Shown here piece after piece: positions 6,670 to 10,875 of a stretch of 10,875 bases of DNA. The translations under genes were made by a program, and so were the position numbers. Position 1 is the first letter of the stretch. Every line of letters starts with the position of its first letter. The stretch is from a virus. The notes under the pieces are model-generated. The model had not been told where the DNA came from. It made no database searches and saw only the letters and a list, made by a program, of their open reading frames with translations. The stretch is taken from UHGV virus genome UHGV-0301773; one strand, 5' to 3'.

Positions 6670-7494
6670 TCAGGCGGTGAAAGTACCAATAAAGGTTTCT
6701 ACTTTGCTGTCTTTGAATTTCTCAACAAGCAGATCACGAAATTCGTTAGCCATTTCTTCCTGCATCGCTTCCAGCTGAATAATGCGCAGAACCAGTACAG
6801 GACGATCGCCAGTGATAATGCTGAGGCGTAATTTAAACGGACGTTCTTTCAGACCTTCAAACGGAACGCATTTAAATTCAAATGCCACTGGCATAATGTC
6901 TTTGGTCTTCGCTTCGACAGACTCCATCAGAGAGCGTTTGCCGCTGAAGTCATTGTCTTCAAAATCAGCGGTCTGGTTTGCTTCAATTGTGATTTTACGG
7001 ACTGCCGCAGCCGCTTTGGTTGCCTGAATGGTGTCACCATTAGCATCAAAGCCCACAAGGTAGTCGGCCCAGTCTTCAATCCATTCTGCCAGTGACTTCT
7101 GGGAGTTACGCTCGCCATTAACAGACAACAGAGCAGAAAACGGTGCTGTCTTTTTCAGTTTGAGGGTGGCGGTGTTATCTGCGTGACCTGGTTCATCAAT
7201 AGTACCCAGGTTAAGCACACTGACGGCTCGCATATTATCGGCATCGATAAAGCAGCGGGTGCCTTCATCTGCAAGATCTTTAGAATAACGGGTAAAGTCA
7301 TCGATGCTGACAGTGGAAAGCGCACCACGGAAACGGAAGCGATTTAAATTAAATTTTTCCAGATCATGAATGCGGAAATTCTCAGGCAATGCCACAGCAT
7401 CGGCACCAATCTTACTGATAATTTCATTAACACCCTGAGCAGAAATAAGGGCATGGATTTGATTAATTGCGGTTGCGTCTAAGTTCTGAGACAT
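6670..7494 (-). CDS. yfdQ: YfdQ-like (DUF2303 family) prophage protein
   Basis: 274-aa ORF, ATG at 7494 with RBS GAGGA 7 nt upstream; N-terminus [25 protein letters not shown] matches my recollection of CPS-53 YfdQ. Confidence 0.75.
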   Translation of the reverse strand: MSQNLDATAINQIHALISAQGVNEIISKIGADAVALPENFRIHDLEKFNLNRFRFRGALSTVSIDDFTRYSKDLADEGTRCFIDADNMRAVSVLNLGTIDEPGHADNTATLKLKKTAPFSALLSVNGERNSQKSLAEWIEDWADYLVGFDANGDTIQATKAAAAVRKITIEANQTADFEDNDFSGKRSLMESVEAKTKDIMPVAFEFKCVPFEGLKERPFKLRLSIITGDRPVLVLRIIQLEAMQEEMANEFRDLLVEKFKDSKVETFIGTFTA

Positions 7495-7559
7495 AATAAG
7501 TCCTCACTATATAAAGATATTCAGTGATGAGATAAATAATCAGTTAATTAAGAACGATA

Positions 7560-7922
7560 TTAATGACCTGCTGCGCGGAGTTTTCCGTCAGGTTCACCGG
7601 CAAGAGTCAGTAATTGTCCCTGGTCTTCCTGCAGAATAGTCAGGCGACCACCGCGATTGACATACATCGGCGTTTCGGTGGTGTCTTCTTCGGAAATTTT
7701 CCCGCGGTTAGTCGGGCGAACATATGAGAGTTTGTGTTTGATTTTCACACGGTTCTCATCAAACGGTTCGATTTCCAGGTTGAGCGAGACCTTACCTTTG
7801 GTTTTCGTGTTCATCACACCGGAAGCGACTTCACTGAGAACAGCGCCGATTTTGGTTTCAAATACGCCGCCGTCCAGCTCCCCGATAAATGCCTGCACAT
7901 CAGTACTGCGTTCGCTAGCCAT
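7560..7922 (-). CDS. Hypothetical protein (120 aa), first gene downstream of the PL-like promoter
   Basis: Internal ATG at 7922 preceded by RBS GAGGAG at 7-nt spacing; the longer track ORF (to 8108) has no RBS and poor composition. Acidic, no arginine-rich motif, so not N-like. Confidence 0.65.
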   Translation of the reverse strand: MASERSTDVQAFIGELDGGVFETKIGAVLSEVASGVMNTKTKGKVSLNLEIEPFDENRVKIKHKLSYVRPTNRGKISEEDTTETPMYVNRGGRLTILQEDQGQLLTLAGEPDGKLRAAGH

Positions 7923-7970
7923 TTTGCTGCTCCTCATCATATCGACCCTGCAAGGTCGGTTGGTTTCTCC

Positions 7971-8105
7971 ACAAAACAGAGAAGAACACCTGCGGTGGCA
8001 GCCGCCCGGATGGATTGGGTTATGAGCCCGTCGTCCGGCGATGCTCTTCTCTGTTTTGTAAAAAGAGCGGTACCAGCCGGAAGCAAGTGTACAAACTGGT
8101 ACCGC
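7971..8105 (-). ncRNA. Structured untranslated leader of the PL transcript: two adjacent stem-loops (candidate cis-acting antitermination or processing element)
   Basis: 15-bp perfect inverted repeat ACAAAACAGAGAAGA (7971-7985) / TCTTCTCTGTTTTGT (8045-8059) around a 59-nt GC-rich loop; 7 nt later a 10-bp perfect inverted repeat GCGGTACCAG (8067-8076) / CTGGTACCGC (8096-8105) with 19-nt loop. Confidence 0.35.
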
Positions 8106-8263
8106 CAAAGCAGTGGCTGTTGTGGTGACCGGTGCTGATCTCCGGCTTGCGGTTATTTCAGACTCTCACGGGCGTTTAATTGCCCCGCCGAACAGCTCTT
8201 TTCCGCAATAGCTGCAATGTCTTTCGCGCATCAGCCTGCGCATTCACCACAACTCTAAAAACA

Positions 8264-8317
8264 AATGTAGGATATCCAACATGTGAGTGTCAAGAGTTTG
8301 TGTTGGATATCCTACAT
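8264..8317 (-). promoter_or_regulatory. PL-like leftward promoter flanked by two operator sites
   Basis: Operator ATGTAGGATATCCAACAT at 8265-8282 and its reverse complement at 8300-8317 (palindromic GGATATCC core); minus-strand -35 TTGACA at 8293..8288, -10-like TACATT at 8269..8264 overlapping an operator. Confidence 0.55.
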
Positions 8318-8333
8318 AAAAAGATAGGCTCAT

Positions 8334-8360
8334 AAAAAAACCGGGGATACCCCGGTTTTG
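8334..8360 (-). terminator. Rho-independent terminator downstream of the repressor gene
   Basis: CCGGGG-ATA-CCCCGG hairpin (8341-8355) flanked by AAAAAAA (8334-8340) and TTTTG; on the minus strand the hairpin is followed by seven U, 20 bp after the cI-like stop. Confidence 0.7.
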
Positions 8361-8379
8361 CGATAGTGAGGAAGATGTG

Positions 8380-9033
8380 TCAAAAATCCATTATTACTTG
8401 TTTGACAAGACCAACTATTCTGCAGTTCTCACCGCATTCAATAGTTTTATAGTTAGGATTTAGTGGGACGAGATACCTGTTCGGCCAGTCCTCAACAAAT
8501 TTTTTGAGTGTCGCTTCTTGCCCACCATTGATATGGGCAACAACGATTTTTCCGTTAATACACTCTGTATCAATAATATCTGGCTCTACGATAACGATAG
8601 AACCTTCTGGTATCGATGGTGAGCCGAGGGGATTGGTCATTGAATCACCACGGACCCGTAGTGCAAATGCCATTTCTGATACAAGGGCGGTAGTATAAAC
8701 CCACTCTTCAGCATCTTCTTTCCTGACACCAGGCTCCGTCATTGTCCATGAACCCGCCTGAACCCACGAGATGAGGGGGACTTTTTTAACTGCGAATATT
8801 TCAGGTTTTAGATTTATCTTTGGTTCAGGCGAGCCTTTTCCGCTAACAAGCCACAGAGGATCGCATTTAAGTGCGTTGGCTAGGGCTTGAAGGTTGGCTC
8901 CATTTGGTTGGTAGTCGTCCTTTTCCCATCCAGTAACCGTGACACGGTTCACACCAGTCAAATCAGCCAGTGCTTGTTGTGTCAGGTTCAGTTCTTTTCG
9001 CCTTTGGCGAATACGATCACTCATGTTCATCAT
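8380..9033 (-). CDS. cI: cI-like prophage repressor: N-terminal XRE-type HTH plus C-terminal S24 (LexA-like) self-cleaving peptidase domain
   Basis: HTH region RIRQRRKELNLTQQALADLTGVNRVTVTGWEKD; C-terminal domain with RVRGDSM (Ser nucleophile) and EATLKKF (Lys general base); start at 9033 or 9024, overlapping an operator. Confidence 0.9.
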   Translation of the reverse strand: MMNMSDRIRQRRKELNLTQQALADLTGVNRVTVTGWEKDDYQPNGANLQALANALKCDPLWLVSGKGSPEPKINLKPEIFAVKKVPLISWVQAGSWTMTEPGVRKEDAEEWVYTTALVSEMAFALRVRGDSMTNPLGSPSIPEGSIVIVEPDIIDTECINGKIVVAHINGGQEATLKKFVEDWPNRYLVPLNPNYKTIECGENCRIVGLVKQVIMDF

Positions 9034-9097
9034 GTAGGCAATCCTACCACATGCCCATGTAGGATTCTTGACATTGGTATGTTGGATATCCTACATT
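9032..9097 (+). promoter_or_regulatory. PR/PRM-like divergent promoter region with three operator copies
   Basis: Sites ATGTAGGCAATCCTACCACAT (9032-9052), ATGTAGGATTCTTGACAT (9057-9074), ATGTTGGATATCCTACAT (9079-9096); plus-strand -35 TTGACA at 9068-9073 and -10-like TACATT at 9092-9097, about 30 nt upstream of cro-like ATG 9129. Confidence 0.6.
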
Positions 9098-9128
9098 TCT
9101 GCTTAACGTAATTTAACGGGAGACAGAA

Positions 9129-9326
9129 ATGCGGAAATCCGACGTGATTAATTATTTCGGCGGAGTTTGTAAAACCGCCGAAGCCCTAGGTATTAAGCAT
9201 CCGTCTGTTTCAGAGTGGCCTGAGATTATTCCTGAAGGCCGAGCGTACCAGTTAGAAAAAATTACTAACGGGAAACTGAAAGTTGACGTGTCTTTATATC
9301 AAAAGACTAACAGTGCTGCGGCATAA
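9129..9326 (+). CDS. cro: Cro-like small HTH regulator
   Basis: 65-aa ORF divergent from the repressor, RBS GGGAGA 5 nt upstream; HTH-like segment GGVCKTAEALGIKHPSVSEW. Confidence 0.75.
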   Translation: MRKSDVINYFGGVCKTAEALGIKHPSVSEWPEIIPEGRAYQLEKITNGKLKVDVSLYQKTNSAAA

Positions 9327-9353
9327 AAACACCACAGAAATGAGGAATTAACC

Positions 9354-9938
9354 GTGGGTAAAGAACCTGAATGGAAAGTTGATAAACAACCAGCATGGCT
9401 GGTGGCAGCAATACGAAGAACGATTGCTGATTTACCTCATGGCTATGAGGAAGCAGCAGAAATTCTTGGATTGTATAAATCTGATGATATCACCCCAGCA
9501 AAAGATCAATTGCATAACAGACTGCGTAGCGGTGGGGATCAAATTTTTCCACTTGAGTGGGTCATGGTTTTACAGGATGCCAGTGGTACCAGGCATGTAA
9601 CAGATGCAATAGCCCGTCGTAGTAATGGGGTGTTTGTGCCGCTGGTGGTCATTGATGACATTGACAATGGTGACATTAATCAGCGGCTGATGGAGTCAAT
9701 AGAATGGATTGGCAAGCATTCCCAGTACTTACGCAAGGCAACTGCTGATGGAGTTATTGACCAGGCTGAGCGTGAGCAAATCGAAGAGAACAGCTACCAG
9801 GTAATGGCGAAGTGGCAGGAGCATTTAACACTGTTATTTCGTGTTTTTTGTGCGCCGGAAAAGAGTAACGCCCGCGAGTGTGCAGCTCCGGGCGTCGTGG
9901 CGTCGATTGCTTCTGGTTGTGGAGAAACTAACGCATGA
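9354..9938 (+). CDS. cII-like lysogeny regulatory protein (CP76/YdaT-like family, tentative)
   Basis: GTG start at 9354 with RBS GAGGAA at 6-nt spacing; 194 aa; position right after cro; family assignment from memory and uncertain. Confidence 0.6.
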   Translation: MGKEPEWKVDKQPAWLVAAIRRTIADLPHGYEEAAEILGLYKSDDITPAKDQLHNRLRSGGDQIFPLEWVMVLQDASGTRHVTDAIARRSNGVFVPLVVIDDIDNGDINQRLMESIEWIGKHSQYLRKATADGVIDQAEREQIEENSYQVMAKWQEHLTLLFRVFCAPEKSNARECAAPGVVASIASGCGETNA

Positions 9939-10875
9939 ACAGTTTAACGGCAAATAACCGTTTGTCGCAACAGCTGGTGGTCAGCGTCGCTGAACACCTG
10001 TTGTTACGGCATGAATGCAGATTACCAAATCACCTGGCTGTAAGTAACCACAGAGAACTTTACCTGACTGTGGGGGGCGAGTTGTGCAGGAACTTAACCG
10101 CTGGTTTCGTGACGGAAGAGGACTTTATGTTCATGTTATTCGTTGGGAGCCAGAAACACAGCGCGTTATCTATCTTCGCAAAGACTACCCGCATGAGTGC
10201 TTTAGTCCTTTGTGGAAATTCAGGCGTGATTTTGTTGAGTGTGAAGGACCACCAGCACATTGATTCTGCCATTCCGGGACGTTACACTGTTCAGGCACCT
10301 TATAAAGCGGGTGCCGGGATTGGCGTCCTGAAATTGATTACTGAGCATAACCGCGCTCATGCGGTTTTTTCGTGTCATGAGCATTGCTACGCCCAAATTA
10401 TGGTGGGGCGTACAGGGCCGACTTCGGTCGGGCCGGGTTCGGTAGTCTCCGGTAACGCCAACCCTGTACGTCTCACCACCTCTGTGATTGGCGTCCCATG
10501 TGGTGAGTTTTCTAAAAAACTGACTACCGGGGCTGTCACCATGACTACTCTCCCAACCCTCTCTCAACCTGAAATTGCCATCGTTGATGGTCAGGCTGTT
10601 ACATCTTCTTTGGCTGTTGCTGACTTCTTCTCTAAACGTCATGACGATGTTCTGAAAAAGATCCGCATTTTGGATTGTTCTCCAGAGTTTTGTGCCCGCA
10701 ATTTTGCGGAGACATCAATTTTGGTACGCCAGCCCAACGGCGGTACTCGCAAACTTCCTTGCTATCAAATAACCCGCGACGGCTTTGCGTTTCTTGCTAT
10801 GGGTTTCACGGGTAAACGTGCTGCCCAGTTCAAAGAGGCATACATCAATGCCTTTAACCAGATGGAGAAACAGCT
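9935..10875 (+). CDS. Long open reading frame, 3' partial, carrying a Rha-family phage regulatory domain from about 10541; 5' boundary unresolved
   Basis: ATG at 9935 overlaps the upstream stop (ATGA); frame stays open to the window end (more than 310 codons). From ATG 10541 the translation MTTLPTLSQPEIAIVDGQAVTSSLAVADFFSKRHDDVLKKIRILDCSPEF...ITRDGFAFLAMGFTGKRAAQFKEAYINAFNQME matches the Rha signature as I recall it. Missing from the ORF track because it has no stop in the window. Confidence 0.5.
   Translation, partial: MNSLTANNRLSQQLVVSVAEHLLLRHECRLPNHLAVSNHRELYLTVGGELCRNLTAGFVTEEDFMFMLFVGSQKHSALSIFAKTTRMSALVLCGNSGVILLSVKDHQHIDSAIPGRYTVQAPYKAGAGIGVLKLITEHNRAHAVFSCHEHCYAQIMVGRTGPTSVGPGSVVSGNANPVRLTTSVIGVPCGEFSKKLTTGAVTMTTLPTLSQPEIAIVDGQAVTSSLAVADFFSKRHDDVLKKIRILDCSPEFCARNFAETSILVRQPNGGTRKLPCYQITRDGFAFLAMGFTGKRAAQFKEAYINAFNQMEKQ

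Noticed and set aside
7923-8108. N-terminal extension of the first PL gene (track ORF 7560-8108)
   Set aside because: Extension has no RBS, poor composition (Cys/Arg/Gly-rich) and covers the inverted repeats of the leader; the internal ATG at 7922 has a GAGGAG RBS.
5767-8138. Plus-strand ORFs 5767-6039, 6090-6275, 6782-7027, 7657-8025, 7734-8138 and minus-strand ORF 6927-7118
   Set aside because: Antisense or alternate-frame to the DUF551, YfdR-like, YfdQ-like and first-PL genes; Ser/Arg-rich composition typical of shadow frames.
8150-8235. Short minus-strand peptide ORF (about 25 codons, MRRLMRERHCSYCGKELFGGAIKRP) in the PL leader
   Set aside because: Very short, RBS too close to the ATG, no coupling; probably chance. 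A leader peptide cannot be fully excluded.
8504-9111. Plus-strand ORFs 8504-8698 and 8887-9111 inside the repressor gene
   Set aside because: Antisense to the cI-like gene, which has clear HTH and S24 motifs.
9379-9600. Plus-strand 73-aa ORF in an alternate frame within the cII-like gene
   Set aside because: Nested inside the 9354-9938 gene in another frame, no RBS.
10060-10642. Minus-strand ORFs 10060-10272 and 10220-10642
   Set aside because: Antisense to the long open plus-strand frame; Arg/Ser/Gly-rich translations typical of antisense frames; no RBS.
1-10875. tRNA/att core, CRISPR array, IS element or transposase
   Set aside because: No cloverleaf-like tRNA segment, no regularly spaced direct repeats with unique spacers, and no terminal inverted repeats flanking a transposase-like ORF were seen; the only mobility gene is the phage integrase.

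Overview
This window looks like the left arm and immunity region of a lambdoid-type enterobacterial prophage; all calls come from reading the sequence and ORF track, with no searches run. Layout, left to right: a partial DinI-like gene with a LexA box (1-140); a tyrosine integrase (168-1265, minus); a 480-bp regulatory region; a plus-strand two-gene insert (1763-2807) encoding a Panacea-domain (PanA-like) protein and a two-transmembrane-helix protein, driven by a consensus sigma70 promoter with a LexA box and closed by a hairpin terminator; then a leftward early operon of translationally coupled genes (2841-7922: excisionase-like, DEDDh exonuclease, two DUF551 proteins, Ead/Ea22-like, small unknowns, YfdR-like HD hydrolase, YfdQ-like protein); a 340-nt structured leader; a PL-like promoter with operators; a cI-like S24 repressor (8380-9033); a PR-like region with three operator copies; and rightward cro-like, cII-like and Rha-domain genes (9129-10875, last one partial). 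The strongest candidate for an undescribed system is the SOS-regulated PanA-like plus membrane-protein module between int and xis, a plausible toxin-antitoxin or abortive-infection pair. No tRNA, rRNA, CRISPR array or transposase was seen. Family names are recalled from motifs and need HMM or BLAST confirmation.
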